This document shows positions 9,404 to 19,053 of a stretch of 64,000 bases of DNA, in pieces. The stretch comes from an uncultured Planctomycetota bacterium. GTDB taxonomy: Bacteria > Planctomycetota > PLA2 > JAEUHO01. The stretch is from assembly GCA_963752285.1 (NCBI GenBank), contig CAVVXN010000002.1:384001-448000 (forward strand). Reading direction: 5' to 3'. Below the pieces are notes generated by a model. It was not told where the DNA came from. It saw nothing but the letters and a program-made list of their open reading frames with translations, and did not search any database. Within the stretch, counting starts at the first letter, position 1; every line of letters begins with the position of its first letter. The position numbers and the translations under genes are program-made.

Positions 9404-10789
9404 TCAGCCCGCGGCGGGCGGCTCCTCCGTGGGGAGCGGCCGGTGCACGAGCCCGCCGTGGGGGCGGACGCCCACGACGCGGAGGAGGAGCGCGCGGCGG
9501 CCGACGGTCGGGCGGCGGCCGAGCGCGGGCACGAGGCGCGGGAGCGCGGCCGCCACGCCGAGGCGCGCCAGCGCGCTCGCGAGGAAGAGGACGTACACGT
9601 CGTGATCGAGGGCGACGAGGAGGGCCGCGCCGAGGAGGCCGCCCGTGACCTGGCCCGTCGCGTTCACGACGTTCTGCGCCGCGAAGACCCAGACCCGCAC
9701 GCGCTTCGTGGTGGACTCGAGGACGAGCGAGAAGTAGCCGACCTCGTGCCCGCCCCACGCGAAGCCCGAGAGCCCCTGCGCGACGACCACCCACGCGAGG
9801 CCGCGCGCCCAGAGCCACGGCAGGGGCACGATCCCGACGAGGAGCGCCGCGAGGGAGAGCACCGGCCGTGCGCCGTAGAGGTCCACCGCGTGCCCCCAGG
9901 CCGGGAGCACGAGGACCTTCAGCGCCACGACCGCCGCGCTCGCGAGCGTGTACTCGAGGTAGGAGAAGCGGAGCCCCTCCAGCATGTGCGGGCCGAAGTA
10001 GGGCGCCGCGAGGTACACGGCGACCTGCATGGCCCCGCCGAACGCGAGGAGTCGCCACGCCGCGCGGCCGCGCGCCGTCGCGAGGAAGCGCCGGGCGGTC
10101 GCGGGCCCGGGCGGGGGCGGCGCGGGCGGCTCGGGCGAGAGGAGGAGGAGCGCGCCCGAGACGACCCGCGCGAGGGCGGCGGCGGCGAAGAGCGCGGCGT
10201 AGCCGAGGCCGCCCGCGCCCGCCGGGACCGAGCCCGGGGCGCCCGGCTCGACGTGCTGGAGGACGACGCCCGAGACCGCGAGCGACGCGAACGTGAAGAG
10301 GTGCACGAACCGGCTCCGTCGCGCGAAGTAGCGGCCCCGGACGCCCGCCGGCACGAGGTCGCCGAGCCACGACGCCCATGCGGGGCCGGAGCACTGTCCG
10401 CCCACCTGCTGCACCACCGCGAGGAGCACGAGCGCCGCGATCGACGCGGCGTGCGTCGCGTGGAGCAGCGCGAGCGTCGCCAGCACCGCCACCTGGATGG
10501 CGACACCGAGGAGGACCACGCGCTTGCGCCGACCCCCGCGCCGGAGCAGGACCACGGAGAGCAACGCGCCGAGTGCGCCCCCGGCGAAGGGGAGGGTCAC
10601 CACCAGCGCCACGGCCAGCGGCGTCGCGCCGAGCCGCACGGCGTCGGCCACGAACCACGCCTCGCTCGCGCCCACCATCACGGCGAAGAGCGAGCCCTCC
10701 GGCATCGAGAGGCGCATCGTCCGCTCGACCTCGCCGGGGGCGAGGGAGCGCCGCGGCGCGGGCCCCGAGCGCTCGCCGCCCCGCGCCAT
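9404..10789 (-). CDS. MFS transporter
   Basis: About 12 hydrophobic segments; WASWLGDLVPAGVRGRYFARR and WGHAVDLYGARP; ATGA overlap with the GCS2 stop. Confidence 0.88.
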   Translation of the reverse strand: MARGGERSGPAPRRSLAPGEVERTMRLSMPEGSLFAVMVGASEAWFVADAVRLGATPLAVALVVTLPFAGGALGALLSVVLLRRGGRRKRVVLLGVAIQVAVLATLALLHATHAASIAALVLLAVVQQVGGQCSGPAWASWLGDLVPAGVRGRYFARRSRFVHLFTFASLAVSGVVLQHVEPGAPGSVPAGAGGLGYAALFAAAALARVVSGALLLLSPEPPAPPPPGPATARRFLATARGRAAWRLLAFGGAMQVAVYLAAPYFGPHMLEGLRFSYLEYTLASAAVVALKVLVLPAWGHAVDLYGARPVLSLAALLVGIVPLPWLWARGLAWVVVAQGLSGFAWGGHEVGYFSLVLESTTKRVRVWVFAAQNVVNATGQVTGGLLGAALLVALDHDVYVLFLASALARLGVAAALPRLVPALGRRPTVGRRALLLRVVGVRPHGGLVHRPLPTEEPPAAG

Positions 10790-12015
10790 CAGGGGAGGAA
10801 GGGCTGGTCGGCCGCGAGCGCGTCGGCAAGACGCCCGTACACCCCGGCGAGACGCGCGCGCGTCGGGCCCGGTCCCGCGGCCTCGAGGAGCCGCCGGGCG
10901 AGGGGGCCGCGGTCGAGGATCAGGTCGAGGCGCTCCCGGAAGGGCCTGTGCCTCGGCGCCGCGCGTTCGAGGAGCGCGCGCCACGCCTCGCCGAGCGAGA
11001 GCGCGCCGTGGTCGGGGAGGCCGAGGGCACGCTGGTGCGCGCGGTCGTCGATCACGCCCCACTCGCCGTGCTCTGCCGCCGACCAGAGGGTCTTCGCGAG
11101 CGCCTCGCTCGAAAGCGCGCGCAGCTCGTCGTCGTCCCGCCGCACGAGATCCTTCAGGATCTCGCTCGTGGCCGCGGCGACGGCGAGGTCGGCCGTCGGG
11201 CCCTCCTGGGTGTCGAGCACGCGGATCTCGATCGCGTAGCGGTCGAACCGCGCGATCGCGCCGCGCGCGTTCACCCACTCGTAGCGGAGCACGCCCTCGG
11301 GGTCGAAGGGCGCCAGGTCCTGGTAGATGCCCGCGAGCAGCACCCCCTCGTACGCCGCCCGCGTGTAGTGGGGCTCGGGCACCACCACGCCGCTCACCGA
11401 CGGCACGCGGCGCGCGTTCGACCGGTAGGCCCGTAGGCGGCTGTCGAGCCAGCCGGTCGCCTCGCCCTCGACGAAGGGCGAGCTCGCCGCGAGCGCGGGC
11501 AGGAGCGGAAGCACCGCGCGGATCGCCGCGTGGAGGCGCCCGAACTCGTCGTCGTCGGCGAACGGCAGGTTCACGTGCATGCTCTGCAGGTTCGACCAGC
11601 CGTGGCCGCGGCAGTCGAAGATGCGGTGGAACGTCTCGTAGACCGCACCGTACTCGTGGGGCCAGAGGCGGGTCTCCGTGTCGGGCTGCATCCAGGGGTG
11701 CATGCCGCCGGGCAGCAGGCGCGCCCCGAGGGGCGCGAGGATCCCGTCGATCCGGCGGACGTCCGCGGCGAAGTGCGCGGGCAGGGGCGCGAGGGCCGGC
11801 GCCGGACCGTTCGTCTTCAGCTCGACGACGTGGAGGACCAGCTCGTTCGACCACGAGAGCGGGCCCTGATCGGTCTCCGACACGATCTCGCCCGCGGCCG
11901 CCTCCAGCACGCGGTCGGTCAGGGGGGCCACGTCGAGCGTACGGCGATCGACGATCATGTACTCGATCTCGATCCCGTAGCCCTGGAAGAGGCCGAGGCG
12001 CGGTGATTCGTCCAT
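10789..12015 (-). CDS. Glutamate-cysteine ligase family (GCS2) carboxylate-amine ligase
   Basis: GIEIEYMIVD, NELVLHVVELKT, GMHPW, NLQSMHVNLP, ASSPF, IEIRVLDTQE. Confidence 0.9.
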   Translation of the reverse strand: MDESPRLGLFQGYGIEIEYMIVDRRTLDVAPLTDRVLEAAAGEIVSETDQGPLSWSNELVLHVVELKTNGPAPALAPLPAHFAADVRRIDGILAPLGARLLPGGMHPWMQPDTETRLWPHEYGAVYETFHRIFDCRGHGWSNLQSMHVNLPFADDDEFGRLHAAIRAVLPLLPALAASSPFVEGEATGWLDSRLRAYRSNARRVPSVSGVVVPEPHYTRAAYEGVLLAGIYQDLAPFDPEGVLRYEWVNARGAIARFDRYAIEIRVLDTQEGPTADLAVAAATSEILKDLVRRDDDELRALSSEALAKTLWSAAEHGEWGVIDDRAHQRALGLPDHGALSLGEAWRALLERAAPRHRPFRERLDLILDRGPLARRLLEAAGPGPTRARLAGVYGRLADALAADQPFLP

Positions 12016-12032
12016 GGGGGCCGTGGCGCCGC

Positions 12033-13490
12033 TCAGGCGCGCCGCGCCTCCATGCGGGCGAGGAACACGTCCGCGAGGCGCAGCCAGAGGTCGTCCTTCA
12101 ACACCTTGTCCTCGAACCCGCCGTCGAGGTTCGGGTTGTCGTTGACCTCCATCACGAAGCACGAGCGGCCGCGCTGCTTCACGTCCACGCCGTAGAGGCC
12201 GTCGCCGACGGCGTTCGCGGCCCGGAGCGCGGCGTGCACCACCGCGCGGGGTGCGTCGCCCACGTGGAGCGTGTCCACCTTGCCGTACTCCGTCTCCCGG
12301 CCGGCTTGGTGCTTCATGATCTGCCAGTGGTTCTTGGCCATGTGGTACCGGCAGACGTAGAGGGGGCGGCGGTCGAGCACGCCGACCCGCCAGTCGAACT
12401 CGGTGGGCAGGAACTCCTGCGCCACCACGATCTCGGAGTCGGCGAGGAGCCGCGCGACCTCGCGCTCCCGGTCCTCGACGGTGCGGGCGAGGACCACGCC
12501 CCGCGAGAACGACGAGTCGGGCTGCTTCAGGACGCAGGGGAGCCCGATGTCGGCGAGCGTCTCCTCCTGGTTGTCCTGGTGCACCAGGCGGGTCTTCGGC
12601 TGGCGCACGCCCTGGCGCTCCAGGAGCTCGGAGAGGTAGACCTTGTTGCCGCAGCGGATGATCGAGCGCGGGTCGTCGATGACGACGATCCCCTCGGCCG
12701 CCGCGCGCCGCGCGAACCGGTACGTGTAGTGGTTGACCGCGGTGGTCGTGCGGAGGAAGAGCCCGTCGAACTCGGGGACCCGGCCGTAGTCCTCGCGTTC
12801 GATGTGCTCCACCCCGATGCCCACCGACTGCGCCGCGCGCTCGAATCGATCGAGGGCGCGTTCGTTGCTGGGCGGGCTCGTTTCTTTCGAGTCCACGAGG
12901 ATCGCGAGGTGGAAGCGGGGGGGCTTGCGACGGCGCACGGGGGTCCGCCGCCCGGCGAAGTAGCGCTCCGCCGCCTCGCGCACGAACGGCCGATGGTTCT
13001 CGGGGATCTCGGCCGTGGCGATCGGACCGACGCCCACGAGCTGCCACTCGCCGTCGTCCTTCTCGAAGCGCGCGCGGAGGAGCGGGGCGGGAAACTGGTT
13101 GAAGAGCGCGCGGGCCAGCGCCCCGTGCGACTGCGCCAGCGGGCGTCCGAAGTAGACCGACAGGACGAACTCCGACGACTGGATGCGCGAGAAGCTCCGC
13201 TCGATGAGCGTGCTCAGGTCGCTCGAGACGAGCCGCGTGACGGCCTTGTCCCGGAGGTCCTGCAGCGTTGCGACGCTCGGGATCGGTCGATGGCCCCGCG
13301 CCTCCGCGAGGAGCGAGACGTAGTACCCCGTCCGTTGGTACGCGTACGAGCGGCAGATGTTGAAGACGAGCGCGCCGCGGAGCGTGCTGTACTCCGGCTG
13401 CGTCAGGTACGCGCGGGCTGCGACCACCTCGACGCCCGGGATCTCGAGCGGCCAGCGCGCGGGGTTGTCGACGACGATCAGCGGTCTCAA
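12033..13490 (-). CDS. RimK-family ATP-grasp ligase with N-terminal RLAN domain
   Basis: FNICRSYAYQRTGYYVSLLAEARGH (RLAN); VLKQPDSSFSRGV, QEFLPTEFDWRVG, YGVDVK, EVNDNPN; TTG start overlaps the upstream TGA. Confidence 0.9.
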   Translation of the reverse strand: MRPLIVVDNPARWPLEIPGVEVVAARAYLTQPEYSTLRGALVFNICRSYAYQRTGYYVSLLAEARGHRPIPSVATLQDLRDKAVTRLVSSDLSTLIERSFSRIQSSEFVLSVYFGRPLAQSHGALARALFNQFPAPLLRARFEKDDGEWQLVGVGPIATAEIPENHRPFVREAAERYFAGRRTPVRRRKPPRFHLAILVDSKETSPPSNERALDRFERAAQSVGIGVEHIEREDYGRVPEFDGLFLRTTTAVNHYTYRFARRAAAEGIVVIDDPRSIIRCGNKVYLSELLERQGVRQPKTRLVHQDNQEETLADIGLPCVLKQPDSSFSRGVVLARTVEDREREVARLLADSEIVVAQEFLPTEFDWRVGVLDRRPLYVCRYHMAKNHWQIMKHQAGRETEYGKVDTLHVGDAPRAVVHAALRAANAVGDGLYGVDVKQRGRSCFVMEVNDNPNLDGGFEDKVLKDDLWLRLADVFLARMEARRA

Positions 13491-14221
13491 GCGGTCCCCC
13501 CGGGCCTCGGCTTCAGCACGAGCAGGTTGGCGTCGTACGTGACGATGCCGAGCATGATCGAACAGATCAAGCGGTCGATGTTCACGGCATACCGAGGCGG
13601 CGTGCCCGCGGGGTTCGGCTGGAGGGGGTCCGCCACCAGCACGCCGCGCGCGTCCGGATCGTAGCCGCAGAGGACCACGAAGTGGCCCTGGGGGTCGCCC
13701 CAGACGTCGTCCTCCCGCAGCCGGTTCCCCTCCGGCACCTCGCGCATGGTGCGGTAGAGGTAGGTCGCGCTCAGGCCGCAGAGGATCGGGACGCCCTGCC
13801 GTAGGTACCGGCGGAGCAGGCCGGTGGTCAGGTCCTCGAGGAGGATCGTCCCGCCGAGGCGCAGGAACTCCCGGTACGCGTCGATCGCCCGCCCGTGCCG
13901 CGCTTCGCCATCGGCTTTCGCCGCCCGGCGGAGCGCCAGGCGCTCGGAGAGGCGCCCGTCCGGGGGACCATGCCCGAACCAGGACGGGTCGAACACCATC
14001 AGGTTGTACGTGAAGACCGTCGCGTCGAACCCCCGGCGGAGCGCGTCGGTCCCGAGCATGACGGCGAGCGTCCCGCCGTCCTGGAAGCGCGCAGTCGCGT
14101 CGATCACCTGGTCGAGGGTCAGGTCGAGGCCGTGATAGCGGTAGACGGCGTGGAGGCAGGTGGGCCCGCACGTGGTGTCGTCGGGCTGGGGGAGGATCTC
14201 GAGGTCGAGGGCGCCGAGCAT
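13487..14221 (-). CDS. Peptidase C39-like papain-fold protein
   Basis: QPDDTTCGPTCL (Q..C), GHFVVLCGYD (H), VADP (D). Confidence 0.85.
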   Translation of the reverse strand: MLGALDLEILPQPDDTTCGPTCLHAVYRYHGLDLTLDQVIDATARFQDGGTLAVMLGTDALRRGFDATVFTYNLMVFDPSWFGHGPPDGRLSERLALRRAAKADGEARHGRAIDAYREFLRLGGTILLEDLTTGLLRRYLRQGVPILCGLSATYLYRTMREVPEGNRLREDDVWGDPQGHFVVLCGYDPDARGVLVADPLQPNPAGTPPRYAVNIDRLICSIMLGIVTYDANLLVLKPRPGGTA

Positions 14222-14348
14222 CCCCGGATTGTCCGCCCGGACGGCGCGAGGGACGCGATTCTCGGAGCCGTCGGTGGACCGCGCGGGGCCCCGCCGGGCC
14301 CGCGTGGGGCCCGCCGGGCCGGGACGCGGGCGCCGCGGCCGCCGCCGG

Positions 14349-15368
14349 CTACCCGACCGGCACGGTGGGCAGCGCGCGGACGACGGCCTCCGTCAGCGCC
14401 TCCGTCGTGCCCGTTCCGCCGAGGTCGGGGGTCAGGACCGCCTTCTCCTCCTTCGTGACCTTCGCGACCGACCGGCGGATCCGGGTGAACGCCTCCGGGT
14501 AGCCGAGATGGTGACACATCATGGCCGCCGAGAGGATCATCGCGATCGGGTTCGCGATCCCTCGGCCCGCGATGTCGGGCGCGCTCCCGTGGATCGCCTC
14601 GAACACGGCGACGTCGTCGCCGTAGTTCGCGCCCGGCGCGAGGCCGAGGCCGCCGATCAGGCCCGCCGCGAGGTCGCTCACGATGTCGCCGTAGAGGTTC
14701 TCGAGCAGGAGGACGTCGTATCGGCCGGGGTTCGTCACGAGGTGCATGCAGAGGGCGTCCACGAGCACGTCGTCGAACGCGATGCCGTCGCCCGACGCCT
14801 TCCCCTCCTCCTCGGCGCAGCGCAGGAAGAGCCCGTCCGCCTTCTTCATGATGTTCGCCTTGTGGACGGCGGTGACGCGCTTCCGCCCCCAGGTCCGGGC
14901 GTACGCGAACGCGAACCGGGCGATCCGGCGGCTCGCGCGGTCCGTGATCACCTTGATCGAGGTCACGACGCCGGGGGCGACCTCGTTCTCGAGGCCCGCG
15001 TAGAGGCTCTCCGTGTTCTCCCGGACGACGACCAGGTCCACCGCGCCGTGCGAGGTCTCGAGACCGGGCACCGTCTTCACGGGCCGCACGTTCGCGTAGA
15101 GGTCCAGCTCGCGCCGCAGGCGGACGTTCGCGGACGCGTGCCCGCGGCCGATGGGGGTGGTGGTCGGGCCCTTCAGCGCCACGCCGGCCCGCCGGATCGT
15201 CTGGACGACCTCGGCCGGGAGGGCGTCGCCCGCCCGGTCGAGCGCGGCGAGGCCCATGTCGCGGTCGATCCAGCGCACGGGGACTCCGGCCGCGTCCACG
15301 ACCCGCCGGGCCGCGCCGGCCACCTCGGGGCCGATTCCGTCGCCGGGGAGGTAGACGACGTCGTGCAT
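14349..15368 (-). CDS. Isocitrate/isopropylmalate dehydrogenase family, probably NAD-dependent isocitrate dehydrogenase
   Basis: PGDGIGPE, LKGPTTTP, DLYANVRP, RENTE, VHKANIMK, NLYGDIVSDL, EAIHGSAPDIAG. Confidence 0.92.
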   Translation of the reverse strand: MHDVVYLPGDGIGPEVAGAARRVVDAAGVPVRWIDRDMGLAALDRAGDALPAEVVQTIRRAGVALKGPTTTPIGRGHASANVRLRRELDLYANVRPVKTVPGLETSHGAVDLVVVRENTESLYAGLENEVAPGVVTSIKVITDRASRRIARFAFAYARTWGRKRVTAVHKANIMKKADGLFLRCAEEEGKASGDGIAFDDVLVDALCMHLVTNPGRYDVLLLENLYGDIVSDLAAGLIGGLGLAPGANYGDDVAVFEAIHGSAPDIAGRGIANPIAMILSAAMMCHHLGYPEAFTRIRRSVAKVTKEEKAVLTPDLGGTGTTEALTEAVVRALPTVPVG

Positions 15369-15416
15369 GGGCGGGTCTCCGGGGGAAAACGAGCGAGGGT
15401 ACGCGATACTTCCGGC

Positions 15417-17252
15417 GTGATCGGCCTTCTCTCCGGCCCCGGCTCCCCCGCCCGCCGTCTCGCGGGCGAGATCGTGCCCGCCGGGATCGGCGTGGCGGCC
15501 GGCGCGACGGCCGCCACGTTCCTCGGGTTGGTCGGCGGCCTTCTCGTGGGCCTTTCGGCCTGGCTCGCCGCGTCGTTCGTGCTCGCGCGCGTCCGCCGCT
15601 ATCCGACGGCGCGGCGCGTGTATCGCGCGCTCGTGCTCCTCCACGTCCTCTTCTGGACCGCGCGCGGCGTGGTCCTCGCGCGCCCCGAGGCCACCGCGTC
15701 GCCCCGCACGGCCGGGCGCCTCGCCTGGCCCGCACCGGAGAGCTTCCGCGCCGGCGTGGCCACGCGCCCCTTCGCGCTGCCGCCGGGCACCACGCTGGCC
15801 GGCTGGGGCGCCGGTCCGCGGCGCCGCACGGTCCCGGCCTTCTTCGGGCTGGGGGTCCTCGGTCGTCTCTCGCATCGGCTCGCCGGGGCGCCCGCGCCCG
15901 GCGCGCCGCCCCGCGCGCACTACCTCGCCGGGCCCACCGCGCCCGGCGACGTGCTGTCGGCCCGCGCGCTCGTGCTCCGGCCCGACGGCGGCGGGGCACC
16001 GGTCGCGTTCGTGCGCCTCGACCTCGTCGTCGTGGACCCGGGCCTCGTGGACGCGGTCCTTCGCCGGGCGCCACTCGAGGGGCTCGGGCGCGACGGACTC
16101 CTCCTCTTCGCCACGCACACGCACAGCGGGCCCGGCGGCGCGGTCCACGCGCCGCTCGCCGAGGTCCTCGGGGCCGGGCGGTTCGACGCCCGGGTGTTCG
16201 ACGCGGTGGCCGACGCCGCGGCCGGCGCGATCGAGGAGGCCGCGCAGACGGCGCGGGAGGCCCGGCTCTCCGTCGTCGAGGCGAGCGACCTCGACCCGGA
16301 AGGGCTTCCCGGCCTCGTCCGGGGCCGCGGCGAAGCGGCGGACGAGGAGCCCGCGGCGGACCGCGCCCGCATCGACCCGCGCGTCCTCGCGCTCCGCTTC
16401 GACGACGCGGGCGGCGGCGGCCCGATCGCCGTGCTCGTGAGCTACGGCGTGATGCCGGTGATGCTGCGCCCGCGCCACCTCGCGTTCGACCGTGACCTCG
16501 CGGGCGCGATCGAGGACGCGCTCTCGGACGCGCTCCCCGGGCGGCCGCCGGTCCTCTTCGCCAACGGCGCGCCCGGCGACACGACGCCGCGCCGCGGCAC
16601 GGAGTCGGGTCACGAGGCCGCGCGCCGGCTCGCCGACGCGTTCGCGCGCCGTGTCGCCGGGGACCTCGCGGGGCCCGGCCGGACGGCGGCGAAGGTCGCC
16701 GTCCGCGCGGCGCGCGTGCGCCTCGACCCGGGGACGCCGTTCGGCCTCGTCGGCGTCGGCTCGCGCCCCGCCCTCGAGGCGCGCTTCCGCGGGGGGGCGT
16801 TCGGGCCGGACCTCCCCGCGGTCGTGGCCGACGTCGTGGCGCTCCCCGCGAACGTGCTCGTCTGGAGCCTCGGGATCCCGGAGGCGCGCGTCCTCGTGTC
16901 GTTCGACGGGGCGGTCGGCGCCGCGGTCCGCCTCGACGGCGTCGTGCCGCCCGCGGCGCCCGAGGTCGGCGCGATCCGCCTCGAGGACGCGGACGGGCAC
17001 CCGCTCGCCGTCGTGCTCTGGGAGGGCGGCGTCGCCACGCAGGCCGTCCTGAGGACCTGGCGCGCCCGCGCGGAGTCCGAGGGCCTCTTCGCCCCGCTCG
17101 TCGTGGGCCTCGCGAACGGCGCCGCCGGGTACCTGGTCTCGCCCGCCGAGTGGGACGAGGGAGGATACGAGGCCCTCTCCTCGATCTTCGGCCGCGACGG
17201 CGCGGCCGAGGTCGAGGCGGGACTCTTCCTGGCGCTCCGGGACGCGCCGTGA
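15417..17252 (+). CDS. Membrane-anchored neutral/alkaline ceramidase-like protein
   Basis: N-terminal TM helices; ARALVL, ATHTHSGPG, NGAPGD, GLANG..GY...GGYE. Start uncertain. Confidence 0.7.
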   Translation: MIGLLSGPGSPARRLAGEIVPAGIGVAAGATAATFLGLVGGLLVGLSAWLAASFVLARVRRYPTARRVYRALVLLHVLFWTARGVVLARPEATASPRTAGRLAWPAPESFRAGVATRPFALPPGTTLAGWGAGPRRRTVPAFFGLGVLGRLSHRLAGAPAPGAPPRAHYLAGPTAPGDVLSARALVLRPDGGGAPVAFVRLDLVVVDPGLVDAVLRRAPLEGLGRDGLLLFATHTHSGPGGAVHAPLAEVLGAGRFDARVFDAVADAAAGAIEEAAQTAREARLSVVEASDLDPEGLPGLVRGRGEAADEEPAADRARIDPRVLALRFDDAGGGGPIAVLVSYGVMPVMLRPRHLAFDRDLAGAIEDALSDALPGRPPVLFANGAPGDTTPRRGTESGHEAARRLADAFARRVAGDLAGPGRTAAKVAVRAARVRLDPGTPFGLVGVGSRPALEARFRGGAFGPDLPAVVADVVALPANVLVWSLGIPEARVLVSFDGAVGAAVRLDGVVPPAAPEVGAIRLEDADGHPLAVVLWEGGVATQAVLRTWRARAESEGLFAPLVVGLANGAAGYLVSPAEWDEGGYEALSSIFGRDGAAEVEAGLFLALRDAP

Positions 17253-17313
17253 GGCGGCGCGGCGCGCGGACCGCCCCGCGTCGGGCGCCCGGAGAGGGGT
17301 AGGCTTGTCCGCC

Positions 17314-18222
17314 ATGGCCCACACGACGCGAGTTCCGGGCGCCTGGGCGCCGTGGATCACCCGCGTGATCGGGGTGTGGGTCCTCGCGGGTGCGGTCCTG
17401 AAGCTCTTCTGGGGCGGGCCGAAGGACCTGCCCGTCGTGCTGCTCCGCACGATCCCCGTGGACCCCGCGGTGCTCTACCGCGTGGCCGTCGCGGCCGAGA
17501 TCTCGACCGGCCTCCTCGCGCTCCTGCGCCCCCGGTGGTCCTGGCTCCTCGTGATCTTCCTCCTGCTCTTCTTCGACGCGGTGCTGGCCTACCAGGTCGT
17601 GAGCGGGGAGGCGAGCTGCGGTTGCTTCGGGTCGCGGATCTCGATCTCGCCGCTGGTGATGCTCCCCGTGGACAGCGTCCTCCTCCTGGCGCTCCTGCTC
17701 GCCCGGCCGTGGGCGACGCCGGGCAGCGACGCGGCGGGCGGGGTGCTCGTCGTCCTCGCGGTGGCGGGCGCCGGGGCGCTGCCGTGGGTGCTCGAGAAGG
17801 CCGAGGTGGTCACGCGCCCGCTCACGCTGGACGTGCGGACCTGGGTGGGGCGCCGGCTCGCCGACACGGAGCTCGCCTCCGCGGTGCCGCTCGACCGGCT
17901 CCCGAAGGACGGCACCTGGGTGATCTACTCCGTGAACTGCGAGGTCTGCGCGAAGCTCCTGGAGGACCTGGCGACGCGCGAGCGAGGCCAGGAGCCGGTC
18001 GTGCTCCTCAAGCTCCCGCCGGAGCCCGGAGAGGAGGTGCAGGTCCACCACGAGCCCGAGGGCGGCTGGGTCACCGACCTGGACCTCGACCCGCGCCTCC
18101 CCTGGGCGGTCACGCCACCGCAGGCCTGGCGGCTCCGCGGGGGCGTGGTGGTGTGGGCCGACGGCCCCACCGACACCGAGCGCCTCCAGGAGGAGCTCGA
18201 CCGCCGGCCCCCCGGGGGCTGA
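17314..18222 (+). CDS. MauE/DoxX-like membrane protein with C-terminal thioredoxin-like CxxC domain
   Basis: TM helices with SCGCFG; later YSVNCEVC and VTPP. Confidence 0.75.
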   Translation: MAHTTRVPGAWAPWITRVIGVWVLAGAVLKLFWGGPKDLPVVLLRTIPVDPAVLYRVAVAAEISTGLLALLRPRWSWLLVIFLLLFFDAVLAYQVVSGEASCGCFGSRISISPLVMLPVDSVLLLALLLARPWATPGSDAAGGVLVVLAVAGAGALPWVLEKAEVVTRPLTLDVRTWVGRRLADTELASAVPLDRLPKDGTWVIYSVNCEVCAKLLEDLATRERGQEPVVLLKLPPEPGEEVQVHHEPEGGWVTDLDLDPRLPWAVTPPQAWRLRGGVVVWADGPTDTERLQEELDRRPPGG

Positions 18223-18274
18223 CGCCGGGCCGCGGCGACCCTCGTACCTCGGCGCCGAGCGCCCGCGGGACCCT

Positions 18275-18970
18275 TCAGTTGAGGTGCGGGTCGGCGACGT
18301 CCACCGCGCGCGGCGCGTCCTCCGCGGCCTTCGACTCGAGGTGGTGGATCAGGATCTCGAAGCGCCGGAGCACGTCCACCTCCTCCAGGAGCTCGTAGAG
18401 GACGTCGCGGGGGAGGTCGCTCGCGTGGGCGACGGCGTCGGCGTACCGGCCGGGCGCGGCGTCGATGCCGCGCACCTGCTCCGACATGCGCCGGAGCCCC
18501 CAGACCATCGGCTTGCGGCCCGGGATCATCTCGAGCGCCCGGCGCATGCGGTGGGCCACCACCTCGTCGTTCCCGGGCGGCACGACGTCGGAGAGCAGGT
18601 CCACACGCGCGACGCGGTACGGCGCGGACGCGACCTCCTCCCGGATCCTCCCGCGCGCGATGCCGTACAGCAGGATCTCGACGTGGCCGTTCGGCTTCTT
18701 CCGGTGCCGGAGGATCTTGCCGAGGCACACGACGGGGTGGATCTCCGGCCGGCCCTCGTAGTCGGCCTCGTAGCCGGGCTTGAGGAGCGCGGTGGCGATC
18801 AATCCGTCGTCGGGCACCGCGTCCTCGACCATCTTCACGTACCGGTCCTCGAACACGTTCAAGGGGGCGAAGCCGTCGGGGAGGAGCACGACCGAGGGGA
18901 GCGGGAAGAGCCGCGCGTTCCCCGAGAAGGTGTCGAGGATCGCTCGGACGTCGAGCTGCGGAGCGGCCAT
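18275..18970 (-). CDS. LON peptidase substrate-binding domain protein (stand-alone)
   Basis: LFPLPSVVLLP..PLNVFEDRYVKMVED; no AAA or protease domain. Confidence 0.88.
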   Translation of the reverse strand: MAAPQLDVRAILDTFSGNARLFPLPSVVLLPDGFAPLNVFEDRYVKMVEDAVPDDGLIATALLKPGYEADYEGRPEIHPVVCLGKILRHRKKPNGHVEILLYGIARGRIREEVASAPYRVARVDLLSDVVPPGNDEVVAHRMRRALEMIPGRKPMVWGLRRMSEQVRGIDAAPGRYADAVAHASDLPRDVLYELLEEVDVLRRFEILIHHLESKAAEDAPRAVDVADPHLN

Positions 18971-19053
18971 CGAGATGGAGCATACCCCCGCCGCGAACCC
19001 CCGCGCCGCGTCCCGTGCCGGCGGCGGAGTCGATCTCGTGGTTCCATGGACGC

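Noticed and set aside
5883..14221. TldD/E plus ATP-grasp plus C39-like peptidase as one RiPP (graspetide-like) cluster
   Set aside because: Opposite strands with an unrelated module between them; no precursor peptide; the ATP-grasp is RLAN-RimK type.
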